A stretch of 64,000 nucleotides of DNA, from positions 190,960,001 through 191,024,000 of the forward strand of contig NC_042998.1 in assembly GCF_006345805.1 (NCBI RefSeq), in the 5' to 3' direction. This document shows positions 39,197 through 53,648 of the stretch, one piece after another. The translations under genes were made by a program, and so were the position numbers. The notes beneath the pieces are model-generated. The model was not told the origin of the DNA. It was given only the letters and a program-made list of their open reading frames with translations, and did no database searches. The DNA comes from Octopus sinensis. Taxonomy: Eukaryota. Within the stretch, counting starts at the first letter, position 1. Each line of letters begins with the position of its first letter.

Positions 39197-39631
39197 GGAT
39201 CTTTTCGGTTTGGACGGCAGTTTTTTCTAGCGGGGTCATATGAAATTGTCACCCATAATTATGACCCTAGTATCGATCTATTGCATTTCAATCTATTTTA
39301 GATTTAGGTTTAGTTAGGGTTAGGGTTTGGGGTGGAGAGAAGGGTATCTTTTTTTTTCTTCACAAATGTAAATAAACCCAATCTGTTACTTAAACGAGGG
39401 ACATATTCATATGGCACAGAATGTTTTCACCTCAATAGACGGTCATTGATTGGTTGAAATTGCCAAAATGCAAGAAATTAAAGACCAAATATCTCACAAA
39501 TTATAGAATTTTCTCAATAAAGCCAAGAGAAAAAGATGTTTTATAAACACATTCTACCACCATACGAAGTTTAAAATTTTTTAGTTACCTAGAAATTATG
39601 TTAAAAACTGCCGTTCAAACCGAAAAGACCC
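39197..39631. mobile_element. Second copy of the GG-TIR MITE
   Basis: Same TIR with substitutions and same interior as 31893-32302; TSD aaaatctg at 39189-39196 and 39632-39639. Confidence 0.93.
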
Positions 39632-40116
39632 AAAATCTGTTATCTTGGAGAAAGTATATTTGTTCACTGTTGACTGACATTAGTCTTTGAATTGGAATTT
39701 GATTTCCACAGGACAATCATTAGGCTTGTGACAATCGCAGAAATTTGAGTTAAGGTTATATAAAAGTACATTCAAATTGTGTTTGTAAGAATTAGCAATA
39801 CGTTCTGTGAGATTGTTTGGAATTTTCTTTATGTTGCAGGTGAATGTATATTCATAAATGTATATTCATAAAAGAGTGAAGAAAGACTGAAGCATGGGTG
39901 AAGCACGTGATATTTTGCTTACATTCGTGTGTCTACTTTTACTGATATTTTGAATATTTTAAGTCTGCTCGGAATCAACACATATAACGCAGCATCATAA
40001 TAATAATCAGAGAAACTCCTGTAAATATTTTGGTTTGCAGTTTGATTTGATTAGATATTCATAGTGAAATATTTTGAACGAAATATTGATCATATCAACA
40101 GAGCAACTACAGGGTG

Positions 40117-40209
<93 letters not shown>

Positions 40210-40930
40210 ATATCTTGGATTTACAGTTGCATGAACTGAGTGCCTATTCCTTGCGGGAGTGCTTACTGTGGTTTCTACTTCCTTCTCTGAATCCAGATAT
40301 CTAAGGTTTTTTTAAATACACATATACATACACTTGTGCACATACACACACACACACACACACACATACTCACGCACGCACGCATGCAAAAACGCACATA
40401 CACACACTCACGTTCCAAAAATATATACAACTGATGTTGTTTGTGCTGTCGTTCACATAATCACCCAATATTAACGAATTTACTTCTGTGTTTCTCGTTT
40501 GAAATTACTCTAGCCGTTGTTGTGCTGAAATTCTAATAACGCTCTCTAATGTTAAAATCACCATCACTGGTAAATGCCAAAGCTGATCATAAAATGCATA
40601 TTGTTCATGGTTGGCTCTAGTTCCCTGGTATCCTTGCCCTATTTTTTCAGTCATGTTGCATCAGAAATATGTGTGCCCTTACTTAGAATACAAAACCCAG
40701 TACGGTTAATCCTTTCTGAACACTTTAGAATATGATTTGACTTACATTTGACAGCTCTATCTCTTGGAGACTTCACATAAGGCCTTTCTTTACTCGAGTA
40801 TATTACAATTATAAATGTTAGTAAGAAATGTTGTAGATATAATGTTAGAATAAAATATACAATACAAAAGGTCAAAAATATTATTCACTACACAAATATG
40901 AGCTTCATATATATAATTTTAAAAAATTCC

Positions 40931-41019
40931 TTTGGTCACGAATGATCATGGAATTGCACCTAGAAACTTCCCCTCCGAAGCACAAATCCCGGTAATGTTG
41001 TTTGTGGAAGACCAGTTGT
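40931..41019 (-). mobile_element. Family-C SINE 3' fragment
   Basis: ggtcacgaatgatcatggaattgcacctagaaac..tggaagaccag matches about 9700-9785. Confidence 0.75.
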
Positions 41020-41034
41020 CTCTCTGTCTGTGTG

Positions 41035-41132
<98 letters not shown>

Positions 41133-41177
41133 CATCCATCCATCCATCCATCCACCCATCCATCCATCCATCCATCC

Positions 41178-41228
<51 letters not shown>

Positions 41229-41249
41229 ATCTATCTATCTATCTATCTA

Positions 41250-41298
<49 letters not shown>

Positions 41299-41510
41299 TT
41301 ATCTATATATCTATCTATCTATCTATCTGGCTGTCTGTCTGTCTGTCTATCTATCTATGTATCCATGCATTTACATATGTATGTATGTATATATGTATGT
41401 ATGTATGTATGTATGTACGTACGTACGTACGTACGTACGTACGTACGTATGTATGTATGTATGTATGTATGTATGTATGTATGTATGTATGTATGTATGT
41501 ATGTATGTAT
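41020..41510. repeat. Compound tetranucleotide microsatellite (TATC, CATC, TGTC, TATG, TACG blocks)
   Basis: Directly visible; source of the 190-aa ORFs. Confidence 0.97.
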
Positions 41511-42019
41511 TTCTCTATCTAAATCTATACGTATGCATAAGTGCTGGCGCGCGAGTGAGTGTACAAAAGAATGACAAAAGTTTCATCTCAGTAAGATTAT
41601 GAAAGTATATATATACGTATAGCGAAGTCATATAGAATATGCTTTAGAAACATATTTAGATACGCTGGCAAAATATACATCCTGTAGATTATCTGCAGGA
41701 GTTTCGGAAGCCAGAAGTAGTGATCAATACGGCAAGTTCCGTCTTTAATTACAGATATGTCAGAGACCGCTTACATCGACTTGAATCTGGCGAAGTTATA
41801 TCAATACAAACACATGGCGATAGAGAGCATTACTAGCTTAGAGCAAATAAATAGACACTATGACGTGTAGAGTATACCTTGTGCAGTTCGTACACCAATA
41901 TATATACATACGTACATATATACATACATACATACATACATACATACATACATCATACATACATACATACATATATATAATACACATACTATATATATAT
42001 GTATCTATATATATGTATA

Positions 42020-42057
<38 letters not shown>

Positions 42058-42540
42058 ATATGTCTATACATATAACTTATATATATATATGTCTATACAT
42101 TATATGAATATATATATATATATATGTATTACGTAAGTATATACTTATAAATGGAAGCATATATATATATATATATATACACACAGATACATATATACGG
42201 ATATATATATATCAATATGCGTATATATATGCATATATACATATATATACCCAGAACTATGTATCTATGTATCTATCTATCTCTCACTCTCTCTACACAC
42301 ATACTCTCGAGTTCAAAAAGTATGTAGATATGTATGTATGCATGTATGTATGTATACATGTATGTATGTACGTAGTTATGTACGTATGTATGTATGTATG
42401 TATATGGATATATATGTATGAAATTATGTGTTTATAGTCTATCTACGTTTGTGCGTGCTAATGCATATGTTTCAAAAATATAACGACGTGGAGAAATAAC
42501 ATCTTATACTTGGAAATCTCAAAGCAAACTCATTGATTTC

Positions 42541-42648
42541 TCAGTTCAAACAATATTTATAGACATCTGGATGTTTTGTTCGTAACAGATAAGGCATAGC
42601 AGTGTACATGATGGATTTGTAAGTAGACACTGTGTTTGATGGATAATT
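42541..42648 (-). CDS. Candidate terminal coding exon NYPSNTVSTYKSIMYTAMPYLLRTKHPDVYKYCLN*; unidentified
   Basis: Acceptor gcgttttctatttcag, then 35 non-repetitive codons to TGA. No recognised homologue. Confidence 0.3.
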   Translation of the reverse strand, partial: NYPSNTVSTYKSIMYTAMPYLLRTKHPDVYKYCLN

Positions 42649-42696
42649 CTGAAATAGAAAACGCCCACATATATGTTATTACCACCTGTAATTGCA

Positions 42697-42730
<34 letters not shown>

Positions 42731-42820
42731 CCTCCCTTTGTTTCTCTCTTTTAGTCACCCAGCCATCTTTCAGAGCAAACACTTGCTCTGTCTCTCTTTC
42801 ACATTCTCTCTCCATTGGTA

Positions 42821-42858
<38 letters not shown>

Positions 42859-42990
42859 TACATACATACATTTATGCATACATACGCACACACACTTATA
42901 AATATATTATATATATATATATATTATATATATATATTATATATATATATATATATAATATATAATATAATATAATAATATATATAAATG

Positions 42991-43021
<31 letters not shown>

Positions 43022-43127
43022 CTATATATTGTATATTCTATTTATATTATGTATATATATTACATATATCCTATATATGTCTATCTATATATCTATCTAT
43101 ATTATATACAATATACACACACACACA

Positions 43128-43170
<43 letters not shown>

Positions 43171-43190
43171 ACACACCCATATATATATAT

Positions 43191-43237
<47 letters not shown>

Positions 43238-43868
43238 TCTCATCGATGGTTTTTTCTCTTCAGGAACTCATGTGACAAAGTCTCCATGACAATCAGATCG
43301 TTGCTCAAATCGATTTAACTTAATTAAATTTATGTACTGAAATATCGACGCAAATATTATATCCACACGAGACTGTGCTTTCATTAACTTTCAGCTGGAG
43401 TTCATGACAAACTCTGCTGCTGACGAGAGTATCGTACCTTCAAGAGATGCCACCATGGGACGTCTGGTCACTTTTGGCTCGCACTTGCAGCCATCACTCA
43501 AATCCGATTCCGTTATATATACACACATACATACATGCATACATACATACATACATACATACATACATACATACATACATACATACATACATACATACAT
43601 ACATACGTACGTACATACATACATACAATATAATAATTTGTCTTTCTTTGTATATATACACGCACCTATACAAATAGGAACTTCCCACATAGATTAATGT
43701 TGGCTGAAACTTTAAATATCGACAATCCAACATTCTCGTTGCCGATCTTCTGACGATTGTGAAAAGTAGGATGCAAAATTTTATATAAAAGAAACGCACT
43801 GGATGGATAATATGGAATAAAAGAATGTTATTAGAAAAATATATAGTCTCCTTATTTATTTACTTATT

Positions 43869-44120
43869 TACTTACGGGGACGTAAATACACCAGCATCGG
43901 TTGTCAAGCGATATTGGAAGGACAAACACAGACAGACAAACATATACATATATACGACGGGCTTCTTTCAGTTTCCGTCTACCAAATCCACTCACAAGGC
44001 TTTGGTCAGCCCGAGGCTATAGTAGAAGACACTTGCCCAAGGTGCCACGCAGAGGGAATAAACCCAGAACCATGTGGTTCGTAAGTAAGCTACTTACCAC
44101 ACATCCATTCCTACGCCTAT
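43869..44120 (-). mobile_element. Family-A SINE, 3'-truncated
   Basis: Head and centre match 26142-26558. Confidence 0.9.
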
Positions 44121-44564
44121 ATCTGAATTTAAAAGAAATCGTATCAGTAGCGTTTACAATTACATAATGAATTCATGTTCCTTTTCGTCGTGGGTCAATG
44201 AACTTTCAGTTGAATGAACTCTGTTGTAATTGACAAGTTATTTATATAATTTCAAGACATATATAGGTTAAATGATCAATCAAATATCTTAAGCCGTTAC
44301 AGACGCACCTATACTTTCCAAGTATAAATTTCCTAATGGCTGAGTCAAGCCTCAATATCTAGTCTGTGTTGGTCAGAATTTAGAAAACTCAGCAACGTAA
44401 AATACTTGTACCATTGTATTTTATATATTCGTACATTTTAATTCTTTACTAAAATTTATATACATTTATTTATAAACACATATATTATTTTATATAGTTT
44501 GTATCGTTTTGTACAATATACCTGTAATTCCATTCCTGATTGTTCACACTACAGCTATTATTTT

Positions 44565-44755
44565 TATAGAATTTTGGCTCTAAGGCAGCAGTTTTAAAGG
44601 TAGAGCGGAGTTGATTACTTTGACCCTAGTGTTCAGCTGGTATTCTATTTTCTCGACCCAGAAAGAATGAAAGGCCAAATTGACCTCGGAAGTATTTGAA
44701 CCTAGAAGCTAGAGAACCGAAAGAAGCGTTGGTAAGCATTTATCCTAGCCGCCTT
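44565..44755 (-). mobile_element. Old family-B SINE
   Basis: tcgacccagaaagaatgaaaggccaaattgacctcgg..tttgaacctaga is a decayed match. Confidence 0.65.
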
Positions 44756-44892
44756 CACTATAGTTATAATGTCATCCATTTTTTCTTTCTATATTGTCCA
44801 ACCAAAGTTCGTACCTGCAATGAGAGCTCGTTCTCTCACTTATAGAATCAAATATATGCAAGAACATATGTATTCATATATATATATATATA

Positions 44893-45123
44893 TTTTTTCT
44901 TTACTACCCACAAGGGGCTAAACACAGAGGGGACAAACAAGGACAGACAAACGGATTAAGTCGATTACATCGACCCCAGTGCGTAACTGGTACTTAATTT
45001 ATCGACCCCGAAAGGATGAAAGGCAAAGTCGACCTCGGCGGAATTTGAACTCAGAACGTGACGGCAGACGAAATACGGCTACGCATTTCGTCCGGCGTGC
45101 CAACGTTTCTGCCAGCTCGCCGC
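44893..45123 (-). mobile_element. Young family-B SINE
   Basis: Nearly identical to 30727-30961 and 51288-51516. Confidence 0.95.
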
Positions 45124-45727
45124 TCTGTATGTATACATATATATATTTACACACACACATACTCGCGCGCTTATGTAAGTATAGTATGTATGCTTATCTA
45201 TGTATATATTTTAGTGCATGCTTAAGAAAATGAAAATAAAGATTAGGACAATTCCGAAGGAATCTTTCGACTGTCTAATTATATGGTTTCTAGATGTATG
45301 TCTCTACTCATGAGACAAAGCGTTCTATAACATTTTTAAGGAAACGGATACACAGACACAGTGATGAGAAGAGATGACGTAAATATACAGATGCAGTGAT
45401 TATGAGAATCTGTATATGTGGAGATAAATAGGTGGAAAGCAAGAGAGAGGCTCAGGAAGGAAAACTAAAATGGCTGTAGTGTGTGAGAGAGAGAGAGAGA
45501 GGGGGGGAGAGGGAGAGAGAGAGTTAGGAAGAGAGAAACAAAGAGAGGAAGAGAGAGAAAGAAGGAGAGTAAGTGTATAACTAAGAGTGATAGTACACAA
45601 ATTTGATAGATTAATAAACAGGTAGATTAGCTGGAAACGTGCAATAATTTAAACATAAATATAAAAGCTACACAAACTGATCAATAGAGCTAGACTGTGA
45701 TATGAATGTATGTGCATGTATGCATGT

Positions 45728-45795
<68 letters not shown>

Positions 45796-46052
45796 GTGTG
45801 TGTTATAAAATTCGTTTTGACTGGTACAGCATCTCAATCTGACCGCCGTCAGACATGTCTTAGAATGCGTGTCAGAATATAATTAATTTGACTCTTGCTT
45901 TCACAATTGAATCTTCCTAACAATAAATATTGCGTTATTCATAAACTTGCTTTATAATAAATAACTCTATTTATATTACAACACATACATACATACATAC
46001 ATACATACAATACATACATACATACATACATACATACATACATAATACATAG

Positions 46053-46096
<44 letters not shown>

Positions 46097-46378
46097 TATA
46101 TACGTACATATATGTGTATATATATATATATATATTATATATATATATATATAATATATTATATATATATATATATATATAATATGTATGTATACATATA
46201 CATATATATGTATATATATGTATATATATATATATATATAAATATGTATATATATATATATATAATATATATATATATATATTATATATATTATATATAT
46301 AGTTGTATACATATACATATATGTATATATATGTATATATATATATATATAAATATGTATATATATATAATATTATGT

Positions 46379-46472
<94 letters not shown>

Positions 46473-46602
46473 GCTAATGGTCTAGAGGTTAGGGTGTTGC
46501 ACACATGCCCGTAAAGTCGCTGTTTCATTCCAAGATTAATTATTATTTCACTGGACATAGAAACAAATATTGTAATATATATAATATATATATATATATA
46601 CA

Positions 46603-46641
<39 letters not shown>

Positions 46642-46869
46642 AGAGAGGGAGAGCGAGCAAGCGAAAGAGAGAAAAAGATAGATAGAGAGAGGCTACATGT
46701 GTATTTTTGATTCACTGATCTATGGTTCACCGAGGCAAGATTAGCAGGTAGATTAAAGATAGATGGCTGGCTGGACTGATAGATAGGTCGATACATAGAC
46801 AGAGAGTTAGATGGTGTGATAGATATACACACACAGATAGTCAGTCGGTCAGATAGACGTGTATGTGTG

Positions 46870-46902
<33 letters not shown>

Positions 46903-47949
46903 CGAGAGGAAATAATTATAGTATGTAATGGAGGTCAGATATATATATATTTGTTCTCCACCCTGATGTCTTAGAACCAATTACCGCAATTAATTTGTCT
47001 TTTCTTTAAGTATTGATTTAAGATGGATTAAGTCAGCATTATATTGAAGGATTATGCTAGCCGATGTAGTAAATACAGAAAATAATTCCTCAAACTGATC
47101 ACCATTCTTATTATCTGAGTGTCACATTTAGTCAATTGTTTACATTTTCCTCGACACTGTCCATCAATTAATTTTCAGTATGAGATCATACGCACGATCA
47201 TATGCGCTTCAACCATACCTTTATTAAGGAATATACGGTTTAGTACAGCCCTTCTTTAAGGCAGTAGTTTGTGATTTCAGTCAGATTCTACTGTTATTTC
47301 CAACACCTCGAACAGTCGTATAGGGGCTCTTTCTTAGCAGTTGTTACTGTTTTTAAGCCCACATCAGCTCGGGTTGAATAAATCTCTGAGTAAAAGTATC
47401 CCTGCGTGGCCGTGCTGTTTTTGCTTTCTAGCCCCATTGTCAAGAAGACCACATTAGCCAATATGCTTTGCCCAAAAAATTAAGGTATGATGTAAATTAG
47501 ATTTGGCTGCTAATTTTAGCAGGTCCAACAAATACGCAGTCGTCGATTAGTATTCAGGACATGAACTGATAATTGCTGCGTCTGTGGTGTTTTGTGTAAA
47601 CAGATTAGCAAGTATATGAGTACCTTTGGGTATAAAGTTTCGGTATCGGGTGCGCAATTGCCTGGAACATCTTGGTAAAGTTTAAAAGTGCGGTCGGTGA
47701 CAGAATTAGAAAAGTATTCACCAAAATATTTTTAGATTCAATTAAGTCATCTTGTGTTGTCTACTCAAATAGCGACGAGGTAAAAGTTATATATTCTTCG
47801 CGTGTAGATAAATAAATAAATTAATTACTCTTCAAGCACAGAGGTTGATTATATTGACTATAAAATACTGGTTTGATTATTTCCAACGGTTTTAATACTA
47901 GAAATATCCATTGTATGTAAACTCCGAACGTTTTATTAGGTTTTATCAT

Positions 47950-48830
47950 GGAAATTAAGCTAACTAACTTGCTATAGGAAATGCTCATAAAATACATCAC
48001 CGGAAGTATAGCTAACTAACTTGCTTTATAGAATGCTCATAAAATGCGCCAAGTGAAGCCGGTAACCGAAATTAAGCTTACTAACGACTTCTCCCAAAAT
48101 GATGGTCATGCACATACATCAGTAATCAATATAAACGAATAGTGCTGTTATTACTCAATTTCTTAAGTGTGAATCTGAGCTGAGTTATTGCTTATTAGAT
48201 AATAATTTTCCAGTTTGTAATGCTCATCTTTGGTATACAAAATTGTTGTATTTATATCTCCCCTGCATTTTGATCTGTTCGATTTCCGATCGTTATCAGG
48301 TTTCTTAATTGTGAATGTACAAAGCTAACAACTCGAAAGTTACATACATATAATCTTTTATTTAACACGTACCATTAGAAAACAGGCGTTTATTGGTCTA
48401 AGTAGCTTTATTATTGAAAGTAGTCAAACGGTAGGTGTTTTTGTGATGTGCTGTTAAGTACAGTTTTGAATTACACGGTAATGTATACAGTAAAGTTTCC
48501 ATATGCAATCTCAACGAACAAGGCTTTACATAATTGTGTTTGCTGGAAAATATGCATACATTCGTGTTTTTACAAGTCAACACTGAACGATTTATTTGCG
48601 CTAATGACATATTGTTAACATAAGTGACCCAGTGGAAAGAGAAACGGCCATTTGGCGTGTCGCTCCGCGAAAAAATATGTGATATGTTTTTATTAACTTA
48701 AAGATAAAAAGATAGCTTCAGCTCTTTAAAGAAAGAATAAGAATAGTTTGCATTGGTTTGAGCGAAGCAGCATTTTAATTCCGGTTTTGTGGCCAAAATG
48801 ACGGTCAGAGTACTTGCTTTGTAGTGTCAA
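47950..48830. promoter_or_regulatory. Promoter-like motif cluster in a repeat-free stretch
   Basis: ETS-type CCGGAAGT at 48000-48007 between a duplicated 36-mer, YY1-type CGGCCATTT at 48645-48653, E2F-type CCGCGAAA at 48665-48672, TTCCGG at 48779-48784. Short motifs only. Confidence 0.3.
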
Positions 48831-50040
48831 GAAAACTGGTACAGTACTAAACTTAGAAATACATTTTCGTTGTTCAAAGTCCAATTAAGAATACGCAACA
48901 GATAACAATTAAGAATCGAGTAGAACGAAACATATATAAATACTGTAAATAATTATACACGTATATTCTGGAAATTTGTATTCTTAAAAACCTGTTGCTA
49001 TATTCTAGCAATACACTGTTAGTTAGTTTAGTATTTTTTAATACATTTTCTGTATAATTTCCTAGGGGATATTACTTTGACGCAAACATGCGCAATATAT
49101 TGATTTGGATACTTAAATTTTACTATATTCGTTACGTTAAAAGTGTTGGCGGATAATTAATAATATATGATCCGGAAACTCTAATATATGCGCCATATTG
49201 AACTGCAAAATAAAATGATATTAGAATAAGTAAAGAAGTATCCCATTTAGACAATAGAAGTAACAAAAGAATATATTCAGTGAGGAGGTTCTGTTTTTAA
49301 TGTAACGCTCGGAAATCTTTGAAGCAGCAAGTCTGTAATTTAAGACATCAAAGAATACCTTTTAAGAGCTAATTAACTCGAAGGAAACCTGAACCCTTTG
49401 GTTTGTTTGTTTGTTTTTCTTTTTTTTTTCTAGAATTAGATTACAAGAGTTCGAAAAGCCTCAAAATCAACATAAGGCAGAAAGAGAAGTATGTTTAAAC
49501 GTGAAGGTTTCTCTGAGCTAGGTTTAAAACATTGTTCCTAAGGCTTAATGGAATGTCATAGTAGTCCTTTTAAAAATAGTTTTTAATCTTATTCTTTTTA
49601 AGTTTTCAAACACAATCCAGGCATTTGATATTCGCTTGTTTTCAAAGGTTATCTATTCTGCATGCAACAAAATTAATATGAGCTTCTAAATTCGATACTA
49701 CTAACTCCTGGGGCTAATCTCTTGACATGGATTTCTGAATTGTAATTTGATACAAACACAGTGTGTTTTTATGTGTGAGAGTTTTGTGTGCTGTGTGTGT
49801 GTTTCTATGTGATTCTATGGATGTGTTCGTATCAGAGTGTGCAACAAGTGTTAAGAAATAGGAGTAAAAATATAGCTTTTTCTGCTATTAATAAATTAAC
49901 ATACATTGAAGGTTTGACAGTAACAAGGAAGCATGAGACATTTATGCTTTTGAAAATTATTAAAATTCAGTAACCCGCTACCCACATTATTACTACCTTG
50001 AATGACACCGAACCGGAGCCAAACCAAAATAATAATCCTT

Positions 50041-50235
50041 TCTACTATAGGTACAATGCCAGAAATATTTTGGTGGGAGGTGGGGGCTAGTCAATTATAT
50101 CGACCCCAGTGCTCAACTGATATTTATTTCATCGACCCCGAAAGGATGAAAAGCAAAGTGGACCTCGGTAGAATTTGAACTCAGAACATAAAGATGGACC
50201 AAATTCCGCTAAGCATTTTGCCCGGCGTGCTAACG
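50041..50235 (-). mobile_element. Family-B SINE
   Basis: atcgaccccgaaaggatgaaaagcaaagtggacctcgg..ctgccagctcgcagcc. Confidence 0.85.
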
Positions 50236-50281
50236 ATTCTGCCAGCTCGCAGCCTTAATAACGATAATAATGATGATGATG

Positions 50282-50345
<64 letters not shown>

Positions 50346-50559
50346 TAATAATAATAACAACAACAACAACAACAACAACAGCGACAACAACAATAATAAT
50401 TATAATAATAAACGAATTTAAAATTCAGAAGTGAGTCGGTCAAGGATGTGCGCCATCCTCTAGTCCGTTTGGTTTATACATTAGGGAGAGGTCAGGGAAG
50501 TAGAAGATATGCCCGGAGTGTTATCTGGAGATATTAACGTAGGCAACTTTAAATATTCA

Positions 50560-51070
50560 TTGTCTAATAGTGTTCAACATATATGACCTATAGAACCTTG
50601 TGACTCTAGTAAATAAATAAAAGAATGTCCTATGGGATGGAAATGAATATAAAGAAAGTAAAATATGTGGTTGGAAGCAAGAAAATAAGTCACCAAATAT
50701 CAATATTAAAATTGATGGAAAGCCAATTAAACAGACACCAAAGATAATAAATCTGGGATATATATGATCAGTAAACATGAAATGTAAAGTTGAAATAGAA
50801 AAATAGGATTGAGAGCAAGAAGATAATTTCCTGAATTGTCAAACATAAGAAGAAAAATTTATATCGAGGCCAGAAAATAGATATTAAAATGCTATGTGTG
50901 GCACAATCTACTACATGGAACCGAAATGTGGACATTAACACGAAAGTGGTATTAAATAGGTTACAAGGCTTTGAGTGATGGTATACAGAAAATTTTCGAG
51001 AGAATCATGAAAATGACAATTGTTTCTGATCACGTATTTAAAATGGCAAATAACCATTAAAAATCAGTAA
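50560..51070 (+). mobile_element. Degenerate RTE-clade LINE ORF2 fragment
   Basis: YGMEMNIKKVK...KIDGKPIKQ...KCKVEIEK...ILKCYVWHNLLHGTEMWTL...LQGFE*WYTE across frameshifts, a typical RTE post-RT region. Confidence 0.75.
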
Positions 51071-51104
51071 CTTGGGAAGGTCTTTACATAACTTCTAAGT
51101 TGTA

Positions 51105-51830
51105 ACGAGAAATGTCGATTATGCCGCTTTTCTAGATATTACACATATATTTAACAAACCCCAAATGTTATCGAGTTATCACCTCCCATTACCAAATGAT
51201 TTGCTAAAATATTATACAACGCCATCTGCAGGCAAGATTCCCCTAGGGTAAATAGGAACATTGCTTCTGCCATTGAATACGAACATATCTGTTTCTTTAT
51301 TACCCACAAGGGGGCTAAACATAGAGGGGACAAACAAGGACAGGCAAACGGACTAAGTCGATTACATCGACCCCAGTGCATAACTGGTACTTAATTTATC
51401 GACCCCGAAAGGATGAAAGGCAAAGTCGACATCGGTGGAATTTGAACTCAGGACGTAACGGCAGACGAAATACGGCTACGCATTTCGCCCGGCGTGCTAA
51501 CGACTCTGCCAGCTCGTACACATCAACTCAAGAAATATTGCTGGAATATTTCCATCAAAACTTTTAGCAAATGCAAACTCAACAGGCCACATATAGTTAT
51601 TTGGGACAGGAGTGAAAAACCCTATGTGGTCGTGGAGGTTAGCTGTTCTGTTTATGCGAACATCTATTTTGAATATCTTTTCTATTGAAAATCAATGAGA
51701 AAGAGAATATATATATGCACAACTGATTTAAAACCTGTAACTTCTCTACCTTGGTTACAAGTTTAAATTTTTACTAATAATTATTCGTGCACTTCTTTAT
51801 ATAAGTGTACTGGTGGTAATTTGAAAAAAA
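51105..51830 (+). mobile_element. Second RLE-type LINE relic (zinc knuckle plus endonuclease), split by a SINE
   Basis: CRLCRF..DITHI..MLSSYHLPLPND..AKILYNAICRQD | KYCWNISIKTFSKCKLNRPHIVIWDRSEKPYVVVEVSC (decayed KPD...E motif). Confidence 0.72.
51288..51516 (-). mobile_element. Young family-B SINE nested in the RLE LINE
   Basis: Near-identical to 44893-45123; LINE homology resumes on both sides. Confidence 0.93.
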
Positions 51831-52084
51831 CTAGGATTTTCATGAAAGAGAGACTTTAGCTGATAGACACTTTAATAATACAATCTGTTAGTAAAACAGT
51901 AGAAATAAGCAAGATTTTTTAAAAGTTTAGCATGTGAATCTTATTGTCGTATTTTTTAAATTCTTGCACGGAACTTCGCTTCTTCCTTAGAAATCAGCTC
52001 CTTCCTTCTGCGAAGAATTACAATAAAAGGAAAGGAACATATATACACTTACATATTAATAGATATGAATATATCTATATACAC

Positions 52085-52116
<32 letters not shown>

Positions 52117-52460
52117 TTGTATGTATGTATGTATATATATATGTATATATATATGTATGTATGTATGTATGTTTGTATGTATGCATGTATATATGTTTGT
52201 ATGTATGTATGTATGTATGTTTGTATGTATGCATGCATGCATGTATGTATGTTTGTATGTATGTATGTATACCTAGCACGCGTGACCTGTTTTTGCATTA
52301 TTTTACATTATTATATTATTTTACATTATTCATATTTTACACAAACTATATATATATATACTTATATATATATATATATGTATAAGACACACAGACACAC
52401 ATACAGACACACACATACACGCATGCCACACACGCACACACACACACACACAGACACACA

Positions 52461-52495
<35 letters not shown>

Positions 52496-52648
52496 ATATG
52501 TATGTGCACGTAACGATGATGAATACGCATGCGTGTTTTCTTGTGTAAACCTCTTCAAGTCTGTGTGTGCTCCCTCAGCTGTCTGTATGTCTGCGTCCAA
52601 TTTCCGGCAATGATTCATTAATATTATATAAACTAAAGTTTCGTATGT

Positions 52649-52719
<71 letters not shown>

Positions 52720-53395
52720 TGTGTGTGTGTGTGTGTATAACGACATATTCAGCACATCTTTTTTTAAAAACGTCTTTCAATCGATTAAAAAATTCCAGCC
52801 CATAAGATTGGTCTAAACTCTTCAAACAAATTGCTGAATATCTCCTCATCATTAAGAACAATAGTAGAAGTGATTCTATTTAAAGCAAGTAATCTATTTT
52901 TGATTTTGCCCATTTCCTAAACCACTTATCTAAATGGGGGCATGCAAACTGAACATCTTTACTTTATTGTTCAGCTTGTAAGGCGATGCAACTTTTGCTA
53001 AAACATTTCATCAGATGTGAATTTTTCGATATTTTTATTTGACTAATGGCTTTACTAAAGCGGGAAAGCTGAAGAAAAAAATCAATTCCAGGATAATTTC
53101 GTTTTTCTTTTATTAAAAGTAAAGGATCCACTAACGATTGATAAGTCTTTCGTTGCGAAGATAAAAAGGATAAAGTTTAATTTAATCGCGTAAGAGGGAT
53201 TACAAAAGCCCATTATATTATATATTCAACTTTTTTTACTATAATATAAAGGAAACTTCACACATGCTGCGATTGGTAAAATGTGGTACACTCACTTGTT
53301 ATTACATTGTTTTTTAAAACTTCGTTGATATGTTTACGATCCTGATTTATACTTATATCTAAATAAATTTTTAGATTTTGATTTCTGTGTTATGT

Positions 53396-53648
53396 TCCTT
53401 CTCGAGCCTCGCCTGGCTCATAAGGGCCGGTTTCCTGGTTTCTTGGCGTATAGATTCCCCACCTGGACGTGACGCCGGTCCGTCGCAGGTGAGCTGCGAG
53501 ATGCAGGAGGAAAGAGTTGTGGCGAAAGAGCCGCGTAGAGCTTAGGTGTTTTCGGTCATAAACACACACATCGCCCGGTCTGAGATTCGAACCCGCGATC
53601 CCTCGACCGCGAGTCCGCTGCTCTAACCACTAGGCCATGTGCTTTTAC
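53396..53648 (-). mobile_element. tRNA-headed SINE, family D, with 13-bp TSD
   Basis: Minus head gcacatggcctagtggttagagcagcggactcgcggtcgagggatcgcgggttcgaatctcag with A and B boxes; TSD ttctgtgttatgt at 53383-53395 and 53649-53661. Confidence 0.93.

Noticed and set aside
39295-39335. TTAGGG repeats as an interstitial telomere
   Set aside because: Only two or three units, internal to a MITE.
41690-41745. Hairpin tcctg.aga/tct.cagga after GAAA on minus, resembling HHR stem III
   Set aside because: No CUGANGA or stem II in any permutation.
42541-42648. Resemblance of NTVSTYK....T..P..L to the P4-ATPase N-terminal motif
   Set aside because: It lacks the invariant KY, F and EQF residues and ends in a stop, so no gene name is assigned.
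43230-43510. CTGAAGA (minus, 43257-43263), CTGACGA (43420-43426) and two plus-strand acceptors
   Set aside because: No pairing stems for a ribozyme and no donor for the open frame.
52505-52565. TTGAAGA..GAAA..ACGCATGCGT palindrome on minus
   Set aside because: Stem II and stem I do not pair and the spacing is wrong.
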